DNA from: an uncultured Alphaproteobacteria bacterium
GTDB lineage: Bacteria > Pseudomonadota > Alphaproteobacteria > Acetobacterales > Acetobacteraceae
Direction of reading: 5' to 3'
DNA: 64,000 nucleotides
Assembly (NCBI GenBank): GCA_963838815.1
Contig: CAWISS010000020.1
Span: forward strand, 21,334-85,333
Positions 9,181 to 19,384 of this stretch are shown here, piece after piece. The first letter of the stretch is position 1. Each line of letters opens with the position of its first letter. The translations under genes were made by a program, and so were the position numbers. Below the pieces are notes generated by a model. It saw nothing but the letters and a program-made list of their open reading frames with translations. It was not told the origin of the DNA and did no database searches.

Positions 9181-9443
9181 CATCCCACGTCCCGAAGCAT
9201 TTTCTCGATCGAGCTCAGCCGGACCCTGAGATCGGCCAGTTCCGCCTTGGCGGCCGTCAGCGACAGGGCCATTGCCGACTGAGCTTCAGCCGCCTTCTCC
9301 GCCAACAGCCGGAATGCGTTGTCGCTGGCGACTTGCTTTCGCGACTGCCGTCCGCCGGACATGTATTTCATGCCGAACACCAGCAGAATGGTCGCCAGGA
9401 CGAGGACCATTGGAAGCAGGAAGTTGTGATGCTGTTCGATCAT
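9180..9443 (-). CDS. Small membrane-anchored coiled-coil protein
   Basis: N-terminal TM then ELADLRVRLSSIEKMLRDVG; tightly packed between ArsR and DUF6010 genes. Confidence 0.75.
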   Translation of the reverse strand: MIEQHHNFLLPMVLVLATILLVFGMKYMSGGRQSRKQVASDNAFRLLAEKAAEAQSAMALSLTAAKAELADLRVRLSSIEKMLRDVG

Positions 9444-9447
9444 GGTT

Positions 9448-9774
9448 CTACCCCGGATCTGCTGGACTTCTATTGGGCATCGTCAGGGACCGCGCGGCCT
9501 CGGCGATGACTAACGGTGAGATCTCGTAGAAAAACTCCGTCACCTCAAAATAATTGAGTGCCTTGCTGTCGTTCGACAGTTCAACCCGGCTGCGGACCAG
9601 CCCAGCTTCCTGCAGCCGTTGCAGATGCAGGTGCAGGAGAGGCCGGCTTAGCCCGACGTCACGCGCGAGCTGGCTGACGTAGTTGCGGCCGGCTGATTGC
9701 AGCGAGGCTATAATGCGAAGGCGATGCGCGTTCGCCAGCGCTCCTAGCACGGTCAGCAGGTGATCGCCCGTCAT
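9448..9774 (-). CDS. ArsR/SmtB-family winged-helix regulator
   Basis: ALANAHRLRII...YVSQLARDVGLSRPLLHLHLQRLQEAGLV. Confidence 0.9.
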   Translation of the reverse strand: MTGDHLLTVLGALANAHRLRIIASLQSAGRNYVSQLARDVGLSRPLLHLHLQRLQEAGLVRSRVELSNDSKALNYFEVTEFFYEISPLVIAEAARSLTMPNRSPADPG

Positions 9775-9805
9775 GCGTGGCCATATATGTTATCATCATG
9801 ACATC

Positions 9806-9823
9806 TGCAAGATTTTCCTGACA
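9806..9823. promoter_or_regulatory. Probable ArsR autoregulatory operator
   Basis: Imperfect inverted repeat TGCAAG-N6-CTGACA about 30 bp upstream of the start; related TGTTAT/ATGACA pair at 9788-9803. Confidence 0.45.
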
Positions 9824-10001
9824 TATGCCGGTTAAGCTCTACTCAGACTGAACCTATCCGGTACTGCACGTGGTTGCAGGAATGAGGGCTGACACCCGCT
9901 GCCGCCCACATTGACCCACAAGCCTTTGGGGATGCCGACCAGAAGGGGCGTCAGCAATGCATCATTGAACGGCGAGCGAACGGCGGACCGCGTTCGGCAG
10001 G

Positions 10002-10955
10002 TCAGACCGCTTTGGCCAGTCGTATCCCACTGGCGTCGAAGCTGGCAAACAACACCGCCTGCTGTGCCTCGGTCAGCTTCAGGTGCGGCGGGCGGGTGTT
10101 GTGCCACTGCACATCGCCCGTATTGCGCGCCACCAGCGCCTTCAGGCCGGGGATCAGCGGCACCGAGATCACCGCCCTGCGGGTCGCCGACAGGATCTCC
10201 TGCGCGGCGGCGCCGGCGGCGGTATTCCAGCCAGCGTAGACCTGTGCGCCGATCGTGCAGTTCACGTTGGACGCGGCGGTGATGCAGCCGGCGCTGCCCT
10301 TGTCCAACAGCGGCTTCAGCAGCGAGTCGTCGCCGGCGTAGACCTCGAAGCCATCGCGGGCGAAGGCGTCCACATAGGCCAGCCCGTTCTCATAACTGCC
10401 GCTGCTGTCCTTGAGCCCCTGCACCTTACCGGGATTGGCCGACCGCAGCCGATCGATGAATGGCACGGTGAATGGCACAGCCGATTGCTGCGGGAAGTTG
10501 TACAGGTAGATCTTGATATCGCCCGCCACCCGCTGGATGACTTCGTTGAAATAGGCGAGAAGTCCGTCTTCTGATGGGTTCTTGTAGTAGAATGGCGGCA
10601 GCAGCAGCGCACCGGGGCAACCCAGCGCCTCGGCTGCGCGGGTCAGCATGACGGTGTCGGTGATCGCGGGGGTGCCGGTGCCCGGCATCATCCTGGCCGC
10701 CGGAATGCCGCGCGCGACCAAGCCTTCCAACACTGCGATACGCTCGCTGATGCCAAGGCTGTTAGCTTCACCCGTAGTACCCAGCACGCCCAGGCCGTTG
10801 CAGCCGTTGGCCAGCAGCCAGCGGCAGTGGCCGGCCATGCGGTCAAGGTCGACCGATAGATCCGCGTTCATCGGCGTCAACACCGCTGCATTCACCCCGC
10901 CGTATAAGGCATTTTCAAATCGTTGGCCGCGGCTTGATGCGGAGGTTTCGGTCAT
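10002..10955 (-). CDS. Dihydrodipicolinate synthase-family class I aldolase (probably not the housekeeping DapA)
   Basis: GTTGEA, YLYNFP, Schiff-base Lys in GLKDSSG. Confidence 0.9.
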   Translation of the reverse strand: MTETSASSRGQRFENALYGGVNAAVLTPMNADLSVDLDRMAGHCRWLLANGCNGLGVLGTTGEANSLGISERIAVLEGLVARGIPAARMMPGTGTPAITDTVMLTRAAEALGCPGALLLPPFYYKNPSEDGLLAYFNEVIQRVAGDIKIYLYNFPQQSAVPFTVPFIDRLRSANPGKVQGLKDSSGSYENGLAYVDAFARDGFEVYAGDDSLLKPLLDKGSAGCITAASNVNCTIGAQVYAGWNTAAGAAAQEILSATRRAVISVPLIPGLKALVARNTGDVQWHNTRPPHLKLTEAQQAVLFASFDASGIRLAKAV

Positions 10956-11459
10956 TCTTCATCCTCATGCGGTTTCGCATGTCCCGTCGGGTTATCCGGT
11001 CGCCGCGTCCGCGGTGCTTTGCCGGGCCAATCCACGATGTGGTGCTCGAGGCTGCCGGCCCGCCGTTCGCTGACCGCCCGCCCGCGAACCGACACGCCGG
11101 CCTGATGCACCGTTTCAGGATCGCCGGAGACCAACGGATGCCACCATGCCAGGTCGAGGCCGTCTCGCAGCCGACGGTAAGCGCAAGACGGCGGTAGCCA
11201 GTCGATCTCCTTCAAGGCCTGTGGTGTCAGGCCGACGCAATCCGGCACACGGCGCTGCCGTCTGGGATAGTCGCTGCAACGGCAGGAACTCCAGGTCGAG
11301 CAAGCGGCAGGCGACGTTGGTGAAGGACAGCGCGTTGGTATTGTCGTCGCGCAGCTTGTGCAGGCAGCAGCGCCCGCAACCGTCGCAGAGGGATTCCCAT
11401 TCATCCCGGGTCATCTCCTCCAGGCGCTTTGTCTTCCAGAACGGGCTGTCGGTATCCAT
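10952..11459 (-). CDS. YcgN-family cysteine cluster protein (frameshift near 11285)
   Basis: [28 protein letters not shown] then [28 protein letters not shown] in a second frame. Confidence 0.9.
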
Positions 11460-11622
11460 GCCATTGAAGACTAGAGCATGATCGGCGCTGGTAGAAGCGA
11501 CCCTGTAGGGGATTTGCGCCAAGGATGGCCACTTGAGGTGATCAATTGCTGTCGTGCTGGGTTATTTCCGCTGCCGTCAATCCGGCGGACGGACCCAGCG
11601 AGGCTCCCGTCGGACCATTTTG

Positions 11623-12510
11623 CTATCGCGCGGGCGGCGTAAGCGTCTGTTGCTGGATCGGACCACGGCCGGCGTCCCCGGGCGATGGGGCCACAGTCCC
11701 TTGGGTCGGCGGCGGCAGGCGGTATGGCTGGTTCGGCGGCGACTGGTTGGGCTGCCCAGCTGGTGGCTGGTACGCCGGCGCGTAGCCCGGAGGTTGCTGC
11801 GCCGGCACGGCGGTTCGCACTGTACCGGACGGTGAGCCAAGCCGCGTCAGCACATCCCGCAGCGGATCCGCGCCTGGATTACCACCCTGCATCTGAATGA
11901 CGAGTTGCCGGCCGGCGAAGGACTGACCGTAGTAGGCCTTGTTCCAACCTGTGTCGGCGGACATTATGCTGCCTTCCAGCGCCACTCCGCCGAACAACCC
12001 GCGTGACGCCGCAAACGCCACGATATCCGCGCCCACCGCCGTCGTGGTGGCTCCCTGAACGCTGGCGCCGATTGTCGCCACCGCGATCGAGACGTTGGCG
12101 CCCAGCTTGAGCTGACTGTCTAGCACGGCATTCAGTCCCTTTTCGGTCAAGATCATCATCATCAGCTGGCTGTCCTGGATGCCGAACTGAAAGCCGAAGC
12201 TGCCGCTGCCGATGGTGTAGAATGCGGGATAGGACCAGGTTCCATTGCCGGCGCGGCCTAACAGGACACAGCTTCCGCCCTCGCCACCAAAGAAGAATCC
12301 CGCCTTGAAGATGCGCGGGCAGATCATGACGCCCTTGGCCCGCCGCAGCAGGGTCTGCGGATCCTTCGACACCGTCTGGCCTACGATTTCCTGCACGGTC
12401 AGCGTGGCTCGATCCACCAGGATCTGCTGCTCGCCTTGCGCATTCGTGCCGCAGCTCGTCTGCGGCAACACCAGCAGGGCGAGCGCAAGTGCCGCCAGAA
12501 ATCGGATCAT
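11623..12510 (-). CDS. SYLF/Ysc84 lipid-binding domain protein with Pro/Gln-rich tail
   Basis: KAGFFFGGEGG, WSYPAF, GSFGFQFG, SRGLFGGVALEG, NKAYYG; N-terminal signal with Cys. Confidence 0.88.
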   Translation of the reverse strand: MIRFLAALALALLVLPQTSCGTNAQGEQQILVDRATLTVQEIVGQTVSKDPQTLLRRAKGVMICPRIFKAGFFFGGEGGSCVLLGRAGNGTWSYPAFYTIGSGSFGFQFGIQDSQLMMMILTEKGLNAVLDSQLKLGANVSIAVATIGASVQGATTTAVGADIVAFAASRGLFGGVALEGSIMSADTGWNKAYYGQSFAGRQLVIQMQGGNPGADPLRDVLTRLGSPSGTVRTAVPAQQPPGYAPAYQPPAGQPNQSPPNQPYRLPPPTQGTVAPSPGDAGRGPIQQQTLTPPAR

Positions 12511-12706
12511 TCCACGGATCTCCTGCTTTCTACGGCTGCCTGATAGCCGCCGTGTCCGAGTTCGGGGAAGTGATACGAGCGGAAACCGGGCGCTTGAAGA
12601 GCAAGTTGCTGGGTCGGTCGTGTGGCCGGTGATTTGCCTTATCGCTGGCGCGGCGGAATATTGCGCCCGATCATGGTCTTGCGAGCAAGCCGGGAAGGAT
12701 GCGCGG

Positions 12707-13567
12707 ATGATGGATGGACTGGCGAAACAGCGGCTTGGCCGTCGCGGCGTGGCGGTTGCAATAGGCTTGTTGCCGACGTTGGCACTGATCGGTTCGGCCC
12801 GGGCACAGTCATCCGCGGAAAGCACATTCGATCGAATCCGCCGCACCAAGGCGCTGCGCATCGCCGCTCTGCCCGGAGAGCTGCCGTATTTCCAAAAGGA
12901 TCTGGCAAGCGGCGAGTGGTCGGGCGCCTGCATCGAAATGGCGAAGGACATCGCGAAGGTGTTCGATTCCGGGCTGGAATACCACAAATCGACCTATGGC
13001 AATTCGGTGCTGGACCTGCAGTCCAACAAGGTGGATCTCGCCTTCGCGCTCAATCCCACACCTGCGCGGGCGCTTTCGATCGCGTTCAGCCGGCCGATGA
13101 TCATTCATCCGTTCGGTTGTTTAGCGAGACACTCCCTCGCGCCGAAGACCTGGGACGATCTGAACAAGCCCGAGCTGACAATCGTCTTCGATATCGGCTC
13201 ACTGCACGAGACGGCGGCACGCCGCTATTGCGCGAAAGCACAGCTTGTCGGCTTCAAGACGCGGGACGAATGCACATTGGCGCTGCAGTCGGGCCGCGCC
13301 GATGCACACATCCAGGCGGCCCTTCTTGGCTTGTCCACGGTTGGCAAGAACCCGTCTTTGGGCCCGTATTATCTGCTGACCAATCCGACCGTCGCCCTGC
13401 CAAGCTGTCTGGGACTGCAGCGGGAGCCTGATACACGGTTCCGCGAAGTGATCGACGCCTGGCTGGACATGAACCGGGGCACCGGCCAGATCCGCGAGTG
13501 GATGCTGGATGGACTGGCAAAATTCGGCGTCACCCGCGACCAGGTTCCAGCCAGCTTAACGTTTTAA
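12707..13567 (+). CDS. Polar amino acid ABC transporter substrate-binding protein
   Basis: RR-type signal; TFDRIRRTKALRI, LDLQSNKVD, TWDDLNKPE, ALQSGRADA. Confidence 0.85.
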   Translation: MMDGLAKQRLGRRGVAVAIGLLPTLALIGSARAQSSAESTFDRIRRTKALRIAALPGELPYFQKDLASGEWSGACIEMAKDIAKVFDSGLEYHKSTYGNSVLDLQSNKVDLAFALNPTPARALSIAFSRPMIIHPFGCLARHSLAPKTWDDLNKPELTIVFDIGSLHETAARRYCAKAQLVGFKTRDECTLALQSGRADAHIQAALLGLSTVGKNPSLGPYYLLTNPTVALPSCLGLQREPDTRFREVIDAWLDMNRGTGQIREWMLDGLAKFGVTRDQVPASLTF

Positions 13568-13583
13568 ATCGGCAACAATGGCC

Positions 13584-13730
13584 TGAGCGCCCGTTTCAGA
13601 ATGCGCTATGGTGAGTCGGCTGGCGTGGCTTTCGAGAACCGGCGCGGAGCGGCCGAGTGGCCGTGAGCACCGGAAGCGCAAAAAGCCGCGTCAGATGGCC
13701 GCCATAGTAGCATTCTCAAACGGGCACTGA
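13584..13730. mobile_element. About 147-bp palindromic miniature element (RPE-1/rhizobial motif-C-like)
   Basis: Terminal IR TGAGCGCCCGTTTCAGAATGC vs GCATTCTCAAACGGGCACTGA; core GAGAACCGGCGCGGAGCG...CGTGAGCACCGGAAGCGCA. Confidence 0.8.
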
Positions 13731-13749
13731 GCATCGGGAAAGGTCCCAC

Positions 13750-14418
13750 ATGCATTACCAGTGGGATTTCGTCTTCCTTCTGCGCTATGCGCCGCTGTTC
13801 TGGCGCGGCGTGCTGGTCACCTTGGGCTACACGGCCGCAACCATTCTGCTTGGGCTGATTATCGGGCTCTCGGTCGGCCTCGGCCGCCTGTCACGCTCCC
13901 GCCTGCTGAACATTCCGCTGGTCGCCTTCATCGAGGCGTTTCGCTGTACGCCGCTGCTGGTGCAGCTCGTCTGGTTCTACTATGCGCTGCCGGTGATCCT
14001 GGGCATCCAGATCCCCGCAACGGTCGCCGCGGTGGCAACGCTATCCTGCTACACAGGCGCTTTTTATGCGGAAATTTTCCGCGGCGGCATCATCTCGATT
14101 GAGCAGGGCCAATGGGATGCCGCGCGTGCGCTAGGCTTGCGGCGCTGGCCCGTGATGCGGCGGGTGATCCTGCCGCAGGCGATCCGGCGGATGATCCCGC
14201 CATTCGTCAACCAGTCGATCACCCAGTTGAAGAACACGTCACTCGTGTCGACCATCGCGGTGCCGGACCTGCTTTACAACGGCACTCTGATCACCGCCGA
14301 CACCTACCGGCCGCTGGAGGTCTACACGGTGGTGGCACTGATCTATTTCGCCCTGTTGTTCCCCAGTACTTTATTGGCGCAAGCCTATGAGCGGCGGCTC
14401 TCTCGGCGGCCGCGGTAG
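13750..14418 (+). CDS. Amino acid ABC transporter permease
   Basis: FRCTPLLVQL, AEIFRGGI..GQWDAARALG, ILPQA, LKNTSLVS. Confidence 0.93.
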   Translation: MHYQWDFVFLLRYAPLFWRGVLVTLGYTAATILLGLIIGLSVGLGRLSRSRLLNIPLVAFIEAFRCTPLLVQLVWFYYALPVILGIQIPATVAAVATLSCYTGAFYAEIFRGGIISIEQGQWDAARALGLRRWPVMRRVILPQAIRRMIPPFVNQSITQLKNTSLVSTIAVPDLLYNGTLITADTYRPLEVYTVVALIYFALLFPSTLLAQAYERRLSRRPR

Positions 14419-14679
14419 AGGACCGTCACGAACCAATCAAGCCGTTCCTGTTCAAATCGCATTGCAAGAACAGCAGCGCAATCGTGGCGCAGCCGGCGCG
14501 TGGGAAAACTCGGCTGCGGTAATCTCATCAGATGATCCGTCTTTGGGAAGGTAAGCCGATAGATCCAAGTTAACGGTGCCGATCCATGATTAGCCTGCTG
14601 CATGGCACCATGCTGAACCTGAATTAGCCGATCCGCTGGTTGGGTACGATGTACTCGATGGTCATCGTTGGAGACCGGC

Positions 14680-15840
14680 ATGAAACATTTCGTAAAGCTG
14701 ATATTCGGCCTCGTGGTCATCGCCGCAGGGGGCATCGGCCTCAATCGCTACTTGGCGGCACCCGCCCCAGCCATGCCGAAGCCGGCACCGCCCGTGCCCG
14801 TCGTGACGGCGCCGGTGAAGCAGGGCGATGTGCCGATCATCCTCAGTGGGCTCGGGACGGTGCAGGCGCTGAACTCGGCCATAATCCGGTCGCAGGTGAC
14901 GGGGCTGCTGCAAAGCGTGGATTTTGTAGAAGGCCAGCAGGTCAAACGCGGCGAACGCCTCGCGCAAGTAGATCCGCGCCCGGAACATGCCAGTCTGGAC
15001 CAGGCACAAGCACAGCTTGTGCGCGACCAGGCGCATCTGGCCAACGCGCAAACCAATCTCGGCCGCGACCTGCCGTTGCTGAACAAGGGATTTGCCACCG
15101 ACCAGCAGGTGACCGGCCAGCAATCGCAGATCACGCAGCTGGAGGCCGAAGTCAAGTCGGACCAAGCGGCGGTGGAGAACGCCCAGACGCAACTGAGCTA
15201 CACCTCCCTCGACGCCCCCTTCGACGGCGTAACCGGGGTCCGCACCCTGGACGTCGGCAATATCATCCATCCAACGGACGCGACCGGGCTCGTGACGGTG
15301 ACGCAGGTGCAGCCGATCGCCGTGCTGTTCACCCTGCCGGCGGCTGATATTCCGACGGTGCAGGACGCGCTGTCAGCCGGTCCGGTCCAGGCCGTGGCCT
15401 ACAATCAGGCCGGGAGCAGGCAGCTCGACTCCGGCAAACTGTTGCTGATCAACAATCAGGCCGACCCGACGAGCGGGACCGTGCAGCTCAAGGCGCTATT
15501 CCCCAACCTCAAGCGATTGCTGTGGCCCGGTACGTTCGTCAACATCGAGCTGACCACACAGGTCGTGCGGAATGGTCTGACGATTCCAACTGATGCCGTG
15601 CAGCAGGGGGCCAAGGGCAACTTCGTGTTCGTAGTCGGGCCGGATAACAAGGTTGCGGGTCGCCAAGTCAGCATCGCCCAGCGCCAGCGCGGCACGGCCC
15701 TGGTCAGCGAGGGGCTGCAACCCGGCCAAACGGTCGTGGAGCAGGGCCAGTATCGCCTGGTGGACGGAACGACCGTGGCGTCATCCAAACCCGACCAGGT
15801 CGCGAACACTTCCCCAGCGACATCGGGATTGCTGCCATGA
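14680..15840 (+). CDS. RND efflux membrane fusion protein (MdtA-like)
   Basis: GLGTVQALNS..IRSQVTG, APFDGVTG, NQADPTSGTVQLKA, LWPGTFVN. Confidence 0.92.
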   Translation: MKHFVKLIFGLVVIAAGGIGLNRYLAAPAPAMPKPAPPVPVVTAPVKQGDVPIILSGLGTVQALNSAIIRSQVTGLLQSVDFVEGQQVKRGERLAQVDPRPEHASLDQAQAQLVRDQAHLANAQTNLGRDLPLLNKGFATDQQVTGQQSQITQLEAEVKSDQAAVENAQTQLSYTSLDAPFDGVTGVRTLDVGNIIHPTDATGLVTVTQVQPIAVLFTLPAADIPTVQDALSAGPVQAVAYNQAGSRQLDSGKLLLINNQADPTSGTVQLKALFPNLKRLLWPGTFVNIELTTQVVRNGLTIPTDAVQQGAKGNFVFVVGPDNKVAGRQVSIAQRQRGTALVSEGLQPGQTVVEQGQYRLVDGTTVASSKPDQVANTSPATSGLLP

Positions 15841-18800
15841 GCTTATCATCGAGCTTCATTCACAAGCCGATCGCGACCTCCCTTCTAATGGTCGCGATCA
15901 TCACCATTGGCATCATCGGCTACATGAACCTGCCGGTGGCGGCCTTGCCGAACGTCGACTCCCCGACGATCCAGGTCACCGCGCAACTGCCCGGAGCGGA
16001 TCCGGAAACCGTGGCGGCGACGGTTGCAACGCCGTTGGAGCGGCAGTTCGGCCAGATACCCGGCATCTCGCAGATGACGTCCAGCAGCGGCACCGGCTTT
16101 ACCCAGGTTACCCTGCAGTTCGACCGCAGTCGGACGATCAACTCGGCCGCCACGGACGTGCAGGCGGCGATCAACGCGGCAGTCGGGCAGTTGCCGGCCT
16201 CGCTGCTGAACCCGCCCATTTTCCGCAAGACCAATCCAGCTGACACGCCGATCCTGCTGATTTCGCTGTCGTCCGATACGTTGCCGATTACGACGGTCAG
16301 CGATTACGCGAACTCACTCCTGGCGCAGAAGATCTCTCAGATACCGGGCGTCGGCATCGTCGGGATCGGCGGGTTGCAGAGCCCGTCCATCCGTATCCAG
16401 GTCAACCCAGCCCAACTCGCCGCCGCGAATCTGGATCTGGAGGACATCCGGACGGCACTGGTGAACGCCACCGTCGATCAGCCAAAAGGCCAGCTATACG
16501 GGGGCCAGCAGACCTTCGCCTTGCAGACCAACGACCAGTTGGAGACCGCGGCAGGCTTCGACAACACCGTCATCGCCTACCGCAACGGCGCGGCGCTCAG
16601 CGTGCGCGATATCGGCCGAGCCATTCTGGCGCCGGACGACCGGACGCTCGCGGGATGGCTGGACAGCAAACCCGCCGTGCTGCTCGCCGTGCAACGGCAA
16701 CCCGGCGCCAATGTCATCGCGACGGTCGCCGCGATCAAGAAGGCGCTGCCGCAGTTGGAAGCCTCCGTGCCGCCGGCTCTGAAGGTCCAGGTGGTGTCCG
16801 ACCGGACACAGACAATCAAAGCCAGCGTCTCGGACGTCCAGTTCACCTTGCTGCTGACCATTGCACTCGTGGTAGGGGTGATCGCGGTCTTCCTGCGCAA
16901 GTTCTGGGCGACCGTCATCCCGGCCATCTCCGTGCCAATCTCGCTGATCGGCACGTTCGCGGTGATGTACGCACTCAACTACAGCCTGGACAATCTTTCC
17001 CTGATGGCATTGACCATTGCAGTGGGCTTTGTCGTCGACGATGCCATCGTCATGATCGAAAACATCGTCCGTCACATTGAGGATGGTGCCAATCCGATGC
17101 AAGCCGCCCTGCTCGGCGCCGGAGAGATCGGCTTCACCATCCTCTCGATCTCCATTTCGTTGATCGCGGTGTTTATCCCGCTGTTCCTGATGAGCGGCGT
17201 GGTCGGCCTGCTGTTCCGGGAGTTCGCAGTGACTGTTGCAGTGGCCATCCTGGTGTCCGTCGCAGTATCGCTCACGCTGACGCCGATGATGTGCGCCTAT
17301 CTTCTGAAGGCCGACCATGACGCCAAACCGGGCTATCTATCGCGCCTGCTGGAACGAGGACTGAACGGGTTGGTCGCGGCCTATGACCGGGCCCTGGTCG
17401 TGGCGCTGCAGCACCGGCGGATAACGCTGGCCGTCATGATCATGACTGTCGCCGCGACAGTGGAACTGTTTATCATCATCCCGAAAGGGTTCTTCCCGCA
17501 GCAAGACACCGGGCTGATCGTCGGTATCAGCGAAGCGGCACAGAACGTGTCTCCGGACGGCATGAAGCAGCGGCAGCAAGCGGTCCTCGACATTGCCAGC
17601 CACGATCCGGCGGTGGCGTCCGCCGTGGGCTATATTGGGCCCGGTGGCCCCACGGTGACGGAAAACGATGGCCGCGTGTTCATCACCCTCAAGCCGCAAA
17701 GCCAGCGCAACGTCACCGCCGACCAGGTGATAACCCGGCTGAGTGCCGCGTTGCAGCAGGTGCAGGGCATCACGCTTTACATGCAGTCCGCCCAGGACAT
17801 CACCATCGGCGCCCGTCTGTCCAAGACGCAGTACCAATACACGCTGACTGACGTGGATGAGCAGGAACTATCGCATTACGCCCCGTTGTTGCTGCAAAAG
17901 CTGCAGGGCCTGCCGCAGCTGACCTCGGTGGCGAGCGACCAGCAATCCACCGGGCAGACGCTGGTGGTTGACATCGACCGTAGCGCCGCGTCCCGCTTCG
18001 GCATCGACCCGGCAAAGGTGGACACCACACTCTATGATGCGTTCGGCCAGCGCCACATTGCCAAGATATTCACCCGGCTGAACCAATACTACGCAATCCT
18101 GGAGGTTGATCCGCAGTACCAGCTCGGCCCTGACGCCTTGAAACGGATCTACGTCCGCTCGCAGACCGGCACCGAGGTCCCTCTGAGCGAGATCGCGGCC
18201 TTCAAGCCAACGGTGGCGTCCGTGGCCGTCAATCACCAGGGGCAGTTTCCGTCGGTCACGCTGAGCTTCAACCTGGCCCCGGGCGCATCGATCGGCGCGG
18301 CCGTCGCGGCGGTGCAGAAAGCCGCCGACAGTCTGCACCTGCCGGCTTCCCTGGTCACAGGCTTTCAAGGCAGCGCGCAGGCGTTCCAAAGCTCGCTCAG
18401 TAGCACGCCCATCCTAATTCTGGCGGCGCTGTTCGCCGTCTATCTGATCTTGGGCATGCTGTATGAGAGCTTGATCCACCCGCTGACAATCCTCTCCACA
18501 CTGCCGGCCGCCGGGCTCGGCGCGCTAGCAACGCTGATGCTGTTCGGGATGAACCTGGACGTGATCGGCATTATCGGCATCATTCTGCTGATCGGGATCG
18601 TAAAGAAAAACGGCATCATGCTGGTCGACTTTGCCCTGCACGCCGAGCGGGAACGCGGCCTGTCGTCGGAGGACGCGATCCACGAGGCCTGCCTGCTGCG
18701 TTTCAGGCCGATCCTCATGACCACGCTGTGCGCCATGCTGGGTGGCGTGCCACTGGCACTCGGCACCGGAACGGGGTCGGAGCTGCGGCAGCCACTCGGC

Positions 18801-18998
18801 TACGCCATGGTCGGTGGATTGCTGGTGTCGCAGGTGTTGACGCTGTTCACCACGCCGGTGGTCTACATCTACATGGACAAGCTCAGTCATTGGCTGGGTC
18901 GTCCCAGCCCGAAAGCGGCGCCGGGCGAGCATGGGCAGGGTCCTGCCACCCCGGACAACGTCCATGCCGGCAAGCAGACATCGTTGGAGGCGGTGTGA
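15837..18998 (+). CDS. RND efflux permease (MdtB/C-like)
   Basis: 1053 aa; GFVVDDAIVMIENI, GIVKKNGIMLVDFA, RFRPILMTT. Confidence 0.95.
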   Translation: MSLSSSFIHKPIATSLLMVAIITIGIIGYMNLPVAALPNVDSPTIQVTAQLPGADPETVAATVATPLERQFGQIPGISQMTSSSGTGFTQVTLQFDRSRTINSAATDVQAAINAAVGQLPASLLNPPIFRKTNPADTPILLISLSSDTLPITTVSDYANSLLAQKISQIPGVGIVGIGGLQSPSIRIQVNPAQLAAANLDLEDIRTALVNATVDQPKGQLYGGQQTFALQTNDQLETAAGFDNTVIAYRNGAALSVRDIGRAILAPDDRTLAGWLDSKPAVLLAVQRQPGANVIATVAAIKKALPQLEASVPPALKVQVVSDRTQTIKASVSDVQFTLLLTIALVVGVIAVFLRKFWATVIPAISVPISLIGTFAVMYALNYSLDNLSLMALTIAVGFVVDDAIVMIENIVRHIEDGANPMQAALLGAGEIGFTILSISISLIAVFIPLFLMSGVVGLLFREFAVTVAVAILVSVAVSLTLTPMMCAYLLKADHDAKPGYLSRLLERGLNGLVAAYDRALVVALQHRRITLAVMIMTVAATVELFIIIPKGFFPQQDTGLIVGISEAAQNVSPDGMKQRQQAVLDIASHDPAVASAVGYIGPGGPTVTENDGRVFITLKPQSQRNVTADQVITRLSAALQQVQGITLYMQSAQDITIGARLSKTQYQYTLTDVDEQELSHYAPLLLQKLQGLPQLTSVASDQQSTGQTLVVDIDRSAASRFGIDPAKVDTTLYDAFGQRHIAKIFTRLNQYYAILEVDPQYQLGPDALKRIYVRSQTGTEVPLSEIAAFKPTVASVAVNHQGQFPSVTLSFNLAPGASIGAAVAAVQKAADSLHLPASLVTGFQGSAQAFQSSLSSTPILILAALFAVYLILGMLYESLIHPLTILSTLPAAGLGALATLMLFGMNLDVIGIIGIILLIGIVKKNGIMLVDFALHAERERGLSSEDAIHEACLLRFRPILMTTLCAMLGGVPLALGTGTGSELRQPLGYAMVGGLLVSQVLTLFTTPVVYIYMDKLSHWLGRPSPKAAPGEHGQGPATPDNVHAGKQTSLEAV

Positions 18999-19226
18999 TA
19001 TCCGGGCGAGGTAAATGGCTTTTGCGTCCGCTTCAATAGGCATGGCTCGCAATTCGCCGCGGACCACGGTCATCTGCTGGCGACCTATTCGGAGCGAGCC
19101 TCCGTCAAAGTATGCGGTCTGAACATGTCGCGGTGAACAGGCCGCATTTGGTTTAGCCCAGCGTAAACACGAAGTTGTCCTTTGTCGAACCCGGACAGCC
19201 GGTCGGCTTCAAAAAAGGAGACTTCA

Positions 19227-19355
19227 ATGAAAACGATCATTCTTGCTGCAATTGCCGTAATCAGTCTTGGCCTCGGTGTTGCAAACGCCGCTACGACTCA
19301 GGATGTTCAACACCGGCCCAATTACTACAATTGGCTCGCAGGAGGCGGCGGCTAA
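19227..19355 (+). CDS. 42-aa secreted peptide, absent from the ORF track
   Basis: SD AAGGAG; MKTIILAAIAVISLGLGVANA|ATTQDVQHRPNYYNWLAGGGG*; followed by terminator. Confidence 0.8.
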   Translation: MKTIILAAIAVISLGLGVANAATTQDVQHRPNYYNWLAGGGG

Positions 19356-19384
19356 CCGCTCTCGCCGTCCCATAAGTCTCTCAC

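Noticed and set aside
10002-10955. Calling this gene dapA
   Set aside because: Lacks the DapA-typical YNVPxRT segment (has YNFPQQS); better left as a family-level aldolase.
11623-13567. Apparent long antisense overlap between the 454-aa and 440-aa ORFs
   Set aside because: Artefact of longest-ORF calling; likely starts are 12510 (-) and 12707 (+), divergent and non-overlapping.
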